The position numbers were made by a program, and so were the translations under genes. From positions 288,001 to 352,000 of the forward strand of contig CAWBKB010000007.1 of NCBI GenBank assembly GCA_963789265.1: DNA of 64,000 nt. Direction: 5' to 3'. The notes beneath the pieces are model-generated. The model saw only the letters and a program-made list of their open reading frames with translations. It ran no database searches and was not told the origin of the DNA. Below, piece after piece: positions 20,455-30,446 of this stretch. Source of the stretch: an uncultured delta proteobacterium (GTDB lineage: Bacteria > Desulfobacterota > Desulfomonilia > Desulfomonilales > Desulfomonilaceae). Within the stretch, counting starts at the first letter, position 1, and each line of letters opens with the position of its first letter.

Positions 20455-21321
20455 TTACTCGCGAAACACCGCCGCTCTGGCTTCGCTGGTATTTGCTATG
20501 TCGCGGCCGGTTTCTCTCACGATTTTCACCAACGCGTCCACGAGTTGACCGTTATTGACGGCCTTGTTGCCATCAGGCAGGTAGAAGGTGTCTTCCAGTC
20601 CGGTCCGCAAGTTTCCTCCCAACTCCGAAGTCCTTCTGTGAAGATCCCACACCTCCTCTCGGCCAACAGCAATGGTTTGCCAATGTGTTCCAGGCTTCAT
20701 TTCCTCAATCAACAGAGGCAGCCACGACGGTTTCGCCGGCATTCCGCTGGGGACCCCCATGACGAGAGATATGTGAACAGGAGGAGTGAGCAGTCCGTTT
20801 TCTTGAAACAGCCCGACGCTCCTAACGATGCCGCCATCGAAGCACTCACACTCCGGAACGATGGAGTTCTTCTTCATTGCGTCGAGAAAACTCTGTATCT
20901 TTTCAACGGGATTGTCGAAGAGCAGCGGCGGCCAGGCCCATTCCCCATTCCTTCTTGTTTTTAGGTAGTTGAGCGATCCGCTGTTCAGTGCGGCCGTCTC
21001 GGGCTTTGCGCTGTCAAGGCAGGCAAGGGGGCCACTTATGTCACTCCCCACTGTTCCTGTCGAACAATTGACAATGATTTCCGGAACGCGCTGACGTATT
21101 GCTGAAACGATCTCTTTTGCCACAGTTGCATCCCATGTTGGCAGGTGGCCGAAGCCGGGCCTTTGATCCCTGAAGTGACAATGAACGATAGTAGCCCCCG
21201 CGTTGAATGCCTGTTCCGCTGCGAGCGCCATTTCTTCAGGAGTGACGGGCACCGCGTGCTGCTGGGGATTTGTGAGCACTCCTGTCAGCGCACAGGTGAT
21301 AATCGCCTTGTCTTGATTCAT
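20455..21321 (-). CDS. Beta-keto acid cleavage enzyme (BKACE/Kce, DUF849)
   Basis: Motifs IITCALTG, VHCHFRD, PECECFD and GGNLRTGLED. Confidence 0.92.
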   Translation of the reverse strand: MNQDKAIITCALTGVLTNPQQHAVPVTPEEMALAAEQAFNAGATIVHCHFRDQRPGFGHLPTWDATVAKEIVSAIRQRVPEIIVNCSTGTVGSDISGPLACLDSAKPETAALNSGSLNYLKTRRNGEWAWPPLLFDNPVEKIQSFLDAMKKNSIVPECECFDGGIVRSVGLFQENGLLTPPVHISLVMGVPSGMPAKPSWLPLLIEEMKPGTHWQTIAVGREEVWDLHRRTSELGGNLRTGLEDTFYLPDGNKAVNNGQLVDALVKIVRETGRDIANTSEARAAVFRE

Positions 21322-21406
21322 GCTACCTCCACGAGTCTGTAGTATCTGCAGATAACCGCGAGACCGACCGCTCTCGCGTTTCCGATAATCACGCAGCCAG
21401 TTGCAT

Positions 21407-22184
21407 TCATCTGCCTTTCCATATTGGTTGCCTCTTTTCCAAAAACGCTTTCATCCCCTCTACGGCATCTTCGGTACCAGCCACCTCAATGAACATGTGG
21501 CTCAGATAGTCGAGTGCTCCTTCGAAATCCTTTTCCAATGAAGCGTAATAGGCTTGTCGCCCGATACGGATCGCTGCGGGACTCTTGGAACAAAGCATGG
21601 CCAAGACATGGTCTACCTCATCGTCCAACACGTCTGCCTCGACGACCTTCGTCACCATACCTAGTTCCTTCGCCTCTCTCGCCGTAATCTTTTCTCCTGA
21701 ATAGGCAAGGTACCAAGCTTGTTTCCTTGGAACGTGCCTGAAAAGGAGCGCACCGACCAGCATGGGCCATATACCGACATTTATTTCCGGTGCTGAGAAA
21801 CTTCACACTATTTTTCGCGATTACAATGTCACAAGAGAGCATCAGCCCGAGCCCTCCAGCCATACAATCTCCAGCGACCCTGGCCACGAGGGGTTTCCCT
21901 ATTTTCCCCATTTTTGCCAGGAGCTGGGCGTAAGCTGCAACCCCCTGCAGTTTACCCTCATCCTTTGCCCCGGACATCATGCCCAGATCTGCGCCGGCAC
22001 AGAAGACTCTGTCTCCCGCGCCGGTGATGCATAGTGCGCGCGCGTTGTCATCGTTGTCTGCGTCATCGAGGTAATCAGACAAGGCATGCACGATGTCGAG
22101 GCTGAGAGCATTCCTCTTTTCCGGGCGATCGATCGTTATGTACCCGACATGATTCCTGACCTCATACAATAACTCGTCACTCAA
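21407..22184 (-). CDS. Enoyl-CoA hydratase/isomerase, with a +1 frameshift near 21799 (probably a sequencing error)
   Basis: FCAGADL and MAGGLGLMLSCD; removing one T restores VKFSAPEINVG and joins the ORF ending AFLEKRQPIWKGR. Confidence 0.88.
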
Positions 22185-22235
22185 TGCCGTCCCTCCTTGG
22201 TTTGGGTTTCGTTGCTTGTGGAGAATTCTATGCGT

Positions 22236-23798
22236 CTAAACCTTTCTGTCTCTTCCCTGCCAGTAATTCTCCCGCAGATCCTTCTTCAGCGCCTTGCCGC
22301 TCAGTGTGCGGGGAATCGCATCAAGTACCACTACCTTCTTGGGCTTCTTGTATCCGGCAATCCTGTCGCCTACGAACGCGATGATTTCCTGATCGGTTGC
22401 GCTCCAGCCGTTCTTGAAGACAATGAAGGCACATACCGCTTCACCCCAGACGTCATCAGGAATGCCGATTACGGCACAATCCGAGATAGCTGGGTGTTCG
22501 GAAAGAACCTTCTCGATCTCGAACGGATAGATATTGAATCCCCCGCTAATGATCATGTCCTTCTTTCGATCCTTGATGAAGATATAACCTTCATCATCGA
22601 CAGTGCATAAATCGCCGGTGTAAAACCTGCCACCTCTTAACGCCTCGTTTGTCTCCTCAGGCATGTTCCAGTAGCCCTTCATGACCATTGGACTCTTCAC
22701 GGTCAACTCTCCGATTTCACCTGGCTTAACTTCATCTCCGTTTTGGTCCAAGACCTTGACATCGACTCCCAAGGCCGGTTTACCGCATGACGCAAGCCGC
22801 TTGACTCTCTTGGGAGACCCGTCGAGAATATGGTCCTCAATATAGAGATGCGTGAGCAGGCCTGCCTCCGAAGCGCCGTAATCTTGCAAGAAAATAGGCC
22901 CGAAGTGCTCTATTCCAGCTTTTAACAATTCCGGAGGCATGGGCGCCCCGCCGTAGGTAAGACACTTCAGGCTACTGAGGTCGTATTTTCCAAAATCCGG
23001 AGAGTTGAGTAAGAAGTTCAAAATCACCGGCACAATGTGGCAGTCGGTTATCATGTGCTCTTCAATTAACTTCATCATCCCTGCCGCATTGAATTTTTCC
23101 ATAAGGACGGTAATGGCGCCTATCCACTGATATATTAAGTCGAATGCCATCCCAGCGAATGAATACAGAGGAAGGAAATGCAACGCTCGCGAGCCTGATG
23201 CCAACATACCCGTGTGCGGCTGATTTTTGGTGAAGGTCTCAATTATTGCGCCGGCCGTACCCTGAGTCTGTATGGCCCCTTTCGGAGGCCCCGTAGTTCC
23301 GCTGGTGTACTGAAGCCAAAGCTCATCATCTTCGGCCAATGCCACTGTTCGATCATGCTTAGGATACTTCGTTAGCACGGCTTCCAGGTGAGTGAAGCCC
23401 TCCACTCCCGCATCGATACTGAAGAAGTGGCGCACCGATGCCAAATGTTCCCTGATTTCACTGATCGCGGAGGCAAAAGCCTCGGAAATGACTAAAATAG
23501 CCGCTCCGGAATCGTTGAGGATACGCAAAATCTCTCGCGGTTTCAGCCTGCCATTCACAGGAACGAGGACAAATCCGCCTTTTCCGCAAGCCCAGAAGAT
23601 TTCTCTGTAGTAATGGCAGTTGCGACTGAGGAGTGCGATCCGATCGCCTTTGGTCAAGCCGCGGTCATGCAGCGCGGCAACGATTGAATTGGAAGCTTCG
23701 TCGATTTCCCCAAAGGTAAATCGGTCGTCACGGCAAATGAGTGCAATTTTGTCTGCGAATCTGTCAACTACCTGCAAGATCTGGTCTCTGTAAAGCAT
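22236..23798 (-). CDS. Acyl-CoA synthetase (AMP-forming)
   Basis: Motifs YTSGTTGPPKG, YGASE, TGDL, DRKKDMIISGG and SGKALK. Confidence 0.95.
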   Translation of the reverse strand: MLYRDQILQVVDRFADKIALICRDDRFTFGEIDEASNSIVAALHDRGLTKGDRIALLSRNCHYYREIFWACGKGGFVLVPVNGRLKPREILRILNDSGAAILVISEAFASAISEIREHLASVRHFFSIDAGVEGFTHLEAVLTKYPKHDRTVALAEDDELWLQYTSGTTGPPKGAIQTQGTAGAIIETFTKNQPHTGMLASGSRALHFLPLYSFAGMAFDLIYQWIGAITVLMEKFNAAGMMKLIEEHMITDCHIVPVILNFLLNSPDFGKYDLSSLKCLTYGGAPMPPELLKAGIEHFGPIFLQDYGASEAGLLTHLYIEDHILDGSPKRVKRLASCGKPALGVDVKVLDQNGDEVKPGEIGELTVKSPMVMKGYWNMPEETNEALRGGRFYTGDLCTVDDEGYIFIKDRKKDMIISGGFNIYPFEIEKVLSEHPAISDCAVIGIPDDVWGEAVCAFIVFKNGWSATDQEIIAFVGDRIAGYKKPKKVVVLDAIPRTLSGKALKKDLRENYWQGRDRKV

Positions 23799-23951
23799 CG
23801 GTCACTTCCTTACTTTTCGGGAAAAACCCCGCGTCTATGAACAGGCGCACCTCGACTGTCTTTCAGCCCTCCGGTGCAGAGCAGGAAGTATGCCCGAGCT
23901 TGTTTGCGAGATTTTGACAGCGCTAGGCGCCGCTCTGTCAGAGTGCCAGCG

Positions 23952-24638
23952 CTATCGGCGTGAACCAGACGGGACCATCGAGCGAATGTGATGCTGCCCT
24001 CGCGACACATTAATCGTGACAAGTTCCCTCACGAGATCGGCATCGTTCGCCTTCAAAGCTTCGAGTATCTTCCAGTGGTCTTCGTTGAACGGTGCGGCGT
24101 CTCCGGTCCACCATTCAGAGGACTGGCTCCAGAAGACGAGCGTTTGATCGACCAACTGCCCGATAATGCGCAAGGCTGATTTCCAGCCCGAAGCCTCGTA
24201 CAGCGCCAAATGGAACTCACGGTTTCTCAACATGCAATCCAGAGGGGAATCGGTTGCTGCTTCCATGGCAAGAATCAATGATTCCAGCCGCTCAATGCGG
24301 GCCGGAGTCATATTCTTGGCAGCGAGGTAAGCGGCTTTTCCTTCGAGCGCGCAGCGAGCCTCATACAGGCCGTCCATCTCTTCCGGCTCGGGCGGCTCCG
24401 CAACGATCACGCCCTTATTGGGAGTAGAGACGACCATTGCCGAACCGGCCAGTTCTCGCAATGCCTCCCGGATAGCCACCCTCCCCAATCCGAGCTCGGC
24501 TTCGAGTTTTGTGGGGATCAAGCGGGTGCCGGAGCGGTACTGCCCAGAGAGAACTCTTTCCCGAATGAGCCGGGTGGCCATTTCGGTCATAGTCAGGTAT
24601 TTGGGGACTTCATCTTCTTTGAGGATAGGGTAAGGCAC
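23952..24638 (-). CDS. GntR family (FCD domain) regulator
   Basis: wHTH LGLGRVAIREALREL; FCD motifs NREFHLAL and EDHWKILEAL; GTG start. Confidence 0.9.
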   Translation of the reverse strand: MPYPILKEDEVPKYLTMTEMATRLIRERVLSGQYRSGTRLIPTKLEAELGLGRVAIREALRELAGSAMVVSTPNKGVIVAEPPEPEEMDGLYEARCALEGKAAYLAAKNMTPARIERLESLILAMEAATDSPLDCMLRNREFHLALYEASGWKSALRIIGQLVDQTLVFWSQSSEWWTGDAAPFNEDHWKILEALKANDADLVRELVTINVSRGQHHIRSMVPSGSRR

Positions 24639-24654
24639 GGATCGGCCCTGTCTT

Positions 24655-24709
24655 TGTATTTTGTATTTTGGATTTTATAAAATATAAAATACCGGGATTT
24701 CCGTGTCAA
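24655..24709 (-). promoter_or_regulatory. Sigma70 promoter with overlapping GntR-type operator repeats
   Basis: Minus strand TTGACA (24704-24709), 17-bp spacer, TATATT (24681-24686); palindrome ATTTTATAAAAT and tandem TATTTTG repeats. Confidence 0.75.
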
Positions 24710-25436
24710 GCTTTTTTTTCACCCGCGGGCCGGCAGGAGCATCGGGGGTGAGGAGGGCCTTCGGCGCCGAGTCAGGCTGTTTGACCACGCGGCGCGTGCA
24801 AACGCGGAACATGGGAAGAGCTCGCGGCTGGGTCTCCGGGTACCGGAGCTGTCAAACGACGTCGCATCCCGCGACGCGCAGCCGGTCCTCACTCCTGCCG
24901 CGGACTGGACCCCATTCGGAAGTGCACTGGCAGGTGATATCGATTCGCCTTCGAACGTGTAACATCGGAGAGCTGGACATCACCTGAGCGAAGTGATTAC
25001 GCGCTTGGCGTCGTCCTGAGCGAAGAGGGCCCCCGGTTATCCTAATTTGTACGATTATTGGGAGGCGTGCTTCCAGGATCGACATGGGGATCAGCAGATC
25101 CTAGAGGGATCGGATTACCATGGATCCAGCGGAATGGTGTTTACAATGCTAAGAAAAGCCGGAATATGGTTCAGTTTTTATCTGTGGGACAACGATACCG
25201 CTGTATGTCACAGCTTGCTGGGCTTTTACGAAAATTGGCCGGAGGTTAGCGTCTGTAGGGGAGATGGATATGAAGGGGTCCGTATGATCCCGAATCCAAC
25301 GCTGGCCTTGATCGATCCTATTTCGATCAAAGGCGAACAAGAGAGAACCCGAATTCTGAACACACTGTATCATCTTGGTAGCAAGAGAAAAGGGGTCACC
25401 CATTAAAAGGCCCTCTGTCAAGGGAAAAGACTGTCC

Positions 25437-27031
25437 GTAACCATTCACTTACGCGCGGCACGGGCAAGGCAGACCAATTCATTGGGTCCTGAAGCTCCCG
25501 TGAATAATCATTGAAGCTGCGCCTTGAGAGGGTCGAATCAAGGGGGATTGGATCGGGAAAACAAGACCGCAGAGGGATCTGCTTTCGGATTGCGGGCCAG
25601 GAGGTCGAGAGCTTCCCTGATTCGGCCCGCCACGTCTGCGCCTCTTTTATGGATGGTAGCCGCGACGGTGGCCAAGGTGCTTCTCACCTTGGCTCTCGCA
25701 TCGGTGACCGAGCCAAAGCTGACCTTCCGGGCAATCACCGATGGCCTCAGGTCTCTTTCGGCCAAGTTATTGTCCGCTGGTACCGCACGATGGTCCACCC
25801 AATGAAAGAGACGATGCTCATTTTCCCGGAATATGTCCTGGATGCGGCGAATCCCCTGGTGCCGTGCGGGCTGTGCCATAGTGGTCTTGATCTCGTCACG
25901 CAGTGCAGCCGCCCGGCGATAGAACTCATCATCAGAAATCGGTTGTGTACCAAGTCTCATGGCCAATGACAATTGGGGAGCCGCGACGGCTACAAAGGTC
26001 GATACTTCTTTGTTATCTGGGAACTCCTTCTCCAAATCTTCCACTTTCCGCAACAGATGAGCAAAACAGTACCTGAATCCGGCACGGCGCTTTGTTGTAG
26101 CCCGCATAGCGGTCGACAACGAGAGTCCCCGGGATGAAATGCTTGCCGAAGATTGCTTGGGGAACCTTGGACGAGCGGTTCTTTCCGAACCGAAAAATGC
26201 TTAGATCCGGAGTCGCAAATAGCCACACGTACCCATTCTTCCCGTCAGTCCGCCAACCCGTCTTGTCTGCATGCTTTACCGGAGCCTGTCGATACTCCTC
26301 GATCAGTCTGTCGGTTACCCCTTCAAAGAGATCGGCGCTCTTCCGAAAGAGTTTCGCAAGGCTGCCGGGCCCAATGTCCAGATACTCACAGACCCTCCCC
26401 ATTGGCATACCGTGGAGGTAGTGCATTTCCACCGCATCTGCGATGAATTGGTTACCGTAAAGGCTCTTAGGAAGCACTCCGGGGAGCTGAGGAGTGACAT
26501 TGCGACGGCAATGAGGACAATACCGTTTGGCTACCCGAAACGTGATCTTTTCCGCCTTGTGCCGAGGAGTATCTATCACGCTGCGCTCCGCCCACCCCTT
26601 CTTCTCCAAAGGAGCCCCGCACTCCAGACACAGCTCGCTGTCGGTATCCACATCCACCGTACGGTCGGCGCTGCCATTGTCATGGCTCTTGCGACCAACC
26701 CCTTTGTGACCCCCCGGCCTGGCACCTTTGGGCTTGCGCTCCTTCGCCTCCGTGCTAGGTTTGATCGGCCGCTTGGACGACGGGGTGGACGATCCGAAGA
26801 AGCCGTCTTGCTCTCTCCGCGCGTGATAGCGTAGCTTGGCCCGAAGCTGCTCGATCTCCTCTTTCAGCTCATCAATAAGACGCTGCTTCTGAAGGCAAAA
26901 TGCGCAGCCGTTGACCGCCATGGCGCACATCCTCGATCAATAATTGGCGCCATCTCTATACAACCTTCCCGATCCGAACGCGAGAAAAATCCCTCCCGCT
27001 ATCCTTCTCCCCCACAAGAGTGAATCCTTAC
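25437..27031 (-). mobile_element. IS66 family element, single-ORF (ISBst12-like) type
   Basis: TIRs GTAACCATTCAC and GTAAGGATTCAC; contains only a TnpC-type transposase; no 8-bp TSD visible. Confidence 0.85.
25538..26930 (-). pseudogene. tnpC: IS66 transposase, frameshifted near 26072
   Basis: SSTPSS, GHKG, Zn ribbon, HADKTGW (usually DETG), VVDRYAGY, CFAHLLR and NNLAERDLRPSVIARKVSFG. Confidence 0.88.
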
Positions 27032-27241
27032 CTACGGAGAAGTTTTTTCCTTGACAGAGGGCCTTTTAATGGGTGCCCCCCCCCAGCCGCTATTCCAAAC
27101 CTTGGATATTCTGAGGGCGTACGTCCTTTCTTCGAACAATTCCGCAACGATTTGGCTCGGTTTCATGATCGGTTAGTGCAATCGGATTGACTCCCGGAGC
27201 GTGCCGTAGCCCGGTTTGAGAGGTCCGTGCCCTGAGTTTGG

Positions 27242-28096
27242 TTAAAATCCGAAAAGACTTCTGGCGTTTCCATCGAAGACGGCTTCTTGCTCTGCTTGAT
27301 CGTAACCAGCCTTCACTAGGAGATTCTCGATTTTTGAGAATTCGGTACCATGAACGAACCAGGGCCAGTCAGTCCCGAAGAGAATGTGTGAAGAGCCGTG
27401 AATTCGCAATAGCTCGACAAACTGCTCCTCTTTAAGCGTGTGAGCGGCGTTTGAGGTGTCCAGATATAGATTCGAATCGGGAGGCAAATTTTTGCGAATT
27501 TCATCAAAATCAGCAAGCAGCCCTCCCATGTGAGCACCGATAAAATTAATGCCCTGATGCCGATTAATCAATTGTGAGAGTTTGAACGGCGTAGTGAGAA
27601 AATTGGGGTTTGCGTCAAGATAAGTGTCCGCCCGAGCAAATGTGTCAAAGACCGCTACCGGCCGTATGTTTCGAGTTTGGGCTAATCGCCCCACTTCGGT
27701 CAACATGACTTCGACTTCCGGCGAGGACAAGTCGAATTTTTGGGAAAAGCTGGAAAACTTGAACCCGGTGATCCCCAGGTCAAAGATGCGTGAGATTTCA
27801 TGGGAAAGACCTTTCATCATCGGATGTAGAGTGGCAAGCGTCCGAAGCCGAGGCAACACTCTCGTGAATCCGATGAATCGGTCATTCTCGCGACGTATTC
27901 GGTCCGGTCCGGTAGAGGGAAGCAACAGACAGACTTCAAACCCATTTTCTTCCGCCGATTGCTCCAAGGCAACGGGTTCAAGTCGCTTCAACGCATCCCA
28001 CACATTCAGGTGTAATTGTTCCACTAGAGGCGGCCTGGCCTTCATATTGTCCACAATCCGGGTTGTGAAGATATGGCAGTGTGAATCAATCGGCAT
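27242..28096 (-). CDS. Amidohydrolase family 2 protein
   Basis: Motifs IDSHCH, AHMGG, LYLDTS and ILFGTDWPW. Confidence 0.9.
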   Translation of the reverse strand: MPIDSHCHIFTTRIVDNMKARPPLVEQLHLNVWDALKRLEPVALEQSAEENGFEVCLLLPSTGPDRIRRENDRFIGFTRVLPRLRTLATLHPMMKGLSHEISRIFDLGITGFKFSSFSQKFDLSSPEVEVMLTEVGRLAQTRNIRPVAVFDTFARADTYLDANPNFLTTPFKLSQLINRHQGINFIGAHMGGLLADFDEIRKNLPPDSNLYLDTSNAAHTLKEEQFVELLRIHGSSHILFGTDWPWFVHGTEFSKIENLLVKAGYDQAEQEAVFDGNARSLFGF

Positions 28097-28202
28097 CGAG
28101 GTGGTTCCATTCTGGTTGCTCGATCAAGATACCGGCAGGCCAACACAGTACCATAAGCGACCTGCCTCCGGATATGTACCACTCGTCGAACTAGCTTATT
28201 CC

Positions 28203-28394
28203 GGGGACACCATACTTAATTTATTGCCCGTCTCCGGAAGATGGGCGCATGCGCCGATGCCATGAGCGGTCCGCGGGTGAGCCTTGAGGGATTGCGACGC
28301 TGGCCGAACATTAGGGAGAGCGTCCGGTGTGATACACCGAAAATGAATGCCTGACCCTAAGCCGCAAAGCGAAAAAATTAAGTATGGTGTCCCC
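28203..28394. mobile_element. MITE/REPIN-like element copy 1 (192 bp)
   Basis: Perfect 19-bp TIR GGGGACACCATACTTAATT; interior homologous to 35030-35195. Confidence 0.85.
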
Positions 28395-28439
28395 AGAATT
28401 CGATGGAAGGACCTTTGAGAAGCAGTGTCTCAGCAGCCT

Positions 28440-29561
28440 TCAGGGCAAGTTTTTGGTACTTTTCAAGATGCTTTCTATTGCAGCGAAGACCCGTTTATAG
28501 GTTTCACAGTACGGATCCTTATGATGGGGGCTTTCTTGAGCACTCATTGCTCTAACAGGGCAACCACCCGCACATAGAGCAAAATATTCACAGTTCAAGC
28601 AGTCCGCGTCTCTGACAAGGTTGGATATCCTACCGGCCAACTCCAGCCGGTTCGATGACCGAAAGATCTCATCCAGGCCCTCGCAGTCCAACACGTTCCC
28701 AAAATTCTTCTCAGGATACGAACTGACCCAGCAATCGCATTGCCCGACATCGCCGCTCGGATCTATGCAGAAGAAACCATTCACGCAATTGGAACTGAAA
28801 AAACAGGGTACACGCGAACCAAACCCTGTGCTCATTCGTTCGATGATCGACCTAAATGGGGCGATGTTTACACCGGAATCGCGCGACAGGCAGACATCCA
28901 ACAGTCCGACAAGAAAGTCGCCCAATTGATCAGCGTCTAGCAGCAAATCGCCTAGAAAACAGGCGGCAGGCCCTCCAGGGAAAGGTGTATTTACCTGAAA
29001 ATGTGTCAGTCCCACCTCCTCCATGAAATACCGGTAGAATTCCGAAGGGGGCCTGGCTAGGCTTTCGCGGTTGGGAACCGTGATGACCGATACCTCGATA
29101 CCTTTGGACGACGCCTGCTCGTAATTCCTTTTCCAGAGTTCGTTATATCGATTGCCGCTGAGATCTCGGTACCGCCTGTATACGTTGGGGTAGTCCAAGG
29201 AAGACCCGACAAAGCCCCCGAAGAGCTGAAAAATGACCTCATGCCACTGTGAAGTATAATTCATCAGATTGGTCTGCAGGTAGTGAACCACATCAAGGTC
29301 GTGTTCCGCCATGACGCGGCTTATCAGTTCACCGGCTCGTACACACCACCCTGGCGATAGAACCGTGACTTCTCCTCCCTGCCAATAGACTTCGACGTTT
29401 TTCACCCCGCATCCTGCAAGGTACGTGGAGATGCGAGTGAAAATTAGAGATAGATCTTCCAGCGACATCCTGCCGGGTCTTTTGGTTTCGAAACAATATG
29501 AGCACTGGGCATTACACTCGTAGGTGGGGAGAAATATGATAGAAACTTGAGGCCCGAACAT
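28440..29561 (-). CDS. Radical SAM/SPASM protein, probable peptide maturase
   Basis: CNAQCSYC, WQGGE and QTNL; SPASM CFFSSNC..GDVGQCDC..CLNCEYFALCAGGCP..DPYC. Confidence 0.93.
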   Translation of the reverse strand: MFGPQVSIIFLPTYECNAQCSYCFETKRPGRMSLEDLSLIFTRISTYLAGCGVKNVEVYWQGGEVTVLSPGWCVRAGELISRVMAEHDLDVVHYLQTNLMNYTSQWHEVIFQLFGGFVGSSLDYPNVYRRYRDLSGNRYNELWKRNYEQASSKGIEVSVITVPNRESLARPPSEFYRYFMEEVGLTHFQVNTPFPGGPAACFLGDLLLDADQLGDFLVGLLDVCLSRDSGVNIAPFRSIIERMSTGFGSRVPCFFSSNCVNGFFCIDPSGDVGQCDCWVSSYPEKNFGNVLDCEGLDEIFRSSNRLELAGRISNLVRDADCLNCEYFALCAGGCPVRAMSAQESPHHKDPYCETYKRVFAAIESILKSTKNLP

Positions 29562-29564
29562 GGC

Positions 29565-30437
29565 TCAATTATTGTCCTCTTGGGCCCTGCTCAAATCGTT
29601 GGCAAGATTTGCTGCTTCCTCTTTTATTATTTTGAATACATCCAAAAATGGAGAGCATCGAAAACTGCTATCAACGAAACGGAGGTAACCGCCGCAAAGG
29701 TCGAAACTCTCGCACCAGGAACAGGAGGACTCTCCAAGATAGAGGGCTTTTCTCGGATTCTGCAAGAATTCATAGAGTGGCGATTCCACATCCAAGGTAA
29801 GCCTTCCGTCAAATCTGCCAAAAAACTGTTTCGCAAGAGCGAACCTGCCCGAAGCGGAGACATTTCCATTCTCATCAATGTAGAGTATTCGCTCTGGGCT
29901 CTCCGGGTATATATTCACCAGAGGTGAATCGGCCCCCTGAACCCTGGAGACGAGCATTGAATGAAAGAATTCAACAGGAACCTGCAGGTACTTTGAGTGG
30001 AGATAGTAGTCCAGAACAGAGATTAAATCCGCGCAGTCGATTGGCCCATCGAGTCCCAATACGACTGGGACACCGGCAGAAGTGACCATCCTGACTGCGC
30101 CAAACAGGCCCTTGGACGCATCGATCATGACGCCCAAATCAAAGTGTTCTCCCATCCACGTGTGTGTGTAAATCTCCGAGGCGTTCGAAGCGGGTAGCTT
30201 CCAAAGAAGGGGCAGTCCTACGGGCAAGGAACCCAAAGGTGAGACATCCAAACCACCGCCGTGCAACTCCACGCCACACACCCGGTCTCCGAGGGCTTCG
30301 CAGGCGTTTACAAGATCTTCCACATTACTGGATCGAATTACCACCGACTGAAAATCGGCAATACCGGCGAAGTTCGCAGCTAAATTGACCAAGATGCCAT
30401 CATTCACAGTGTAGCAGGCCCATAGCTCGTCTTGCAA
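29565..30437 (-). CDS. Degenerate radical SAM/SPASM-like partner protein (no CxxxCxxC)
   Basis: LYIDENGNVS hairpin and CSWCESFDLCGGY..C tail; 3 nt from the rSAM gene; start uncertain (TTG 30437 or GTG 30407). Confidence 0.75.
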   Translation of the reverse strand: MQDELWACYTVNDGILVNLAANFAGIADFQSVVIRSSNVEDLVNACEALGDRVCGVELHGGGLDVSPLGSLPVGLPLLWKLPASNASEIYTHTWMGEHFDLGVMIDASKGLFGAVRMVTSAGVPVVLGLDGPIDCADLISVLDYYLHSKYLQVPVEFFHSMLVSRVQGADSPLVNIYPESPERILYIDENGNVSASGRFALAKQFFGRFDGRLTLDVESPLYEFLQNPRKALYLGESSCSWCESFDLCGGYLRFVDSSFRCSPFLDVFKIIKEEAANLANDLSRAQEDNN

Positions 30438-30446
30438 GCGTGGAAG

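Larger units (their letters stand above)
25397..27075. repeat. Outer 27-bp perfect inverted repeat enclosing the IS66
   Basis: CACCCATTAAAAGGCCCTCTGTCAAGG at 25397-25423 and its reverse complement at 27049-27075. Confidence 0.9.

Noticed and set aside
25047..25406. 119-aa ORF next to the IS66
   Set aside because: No recognisable motif or good start; it ends inside the inverted repeat
27242..28096. Amidohydrolase as a RiPP tailoring enzyme
   Set aside because: It is co-oriented but separated by about 340 bp and a MITE, with no evidence of linkage
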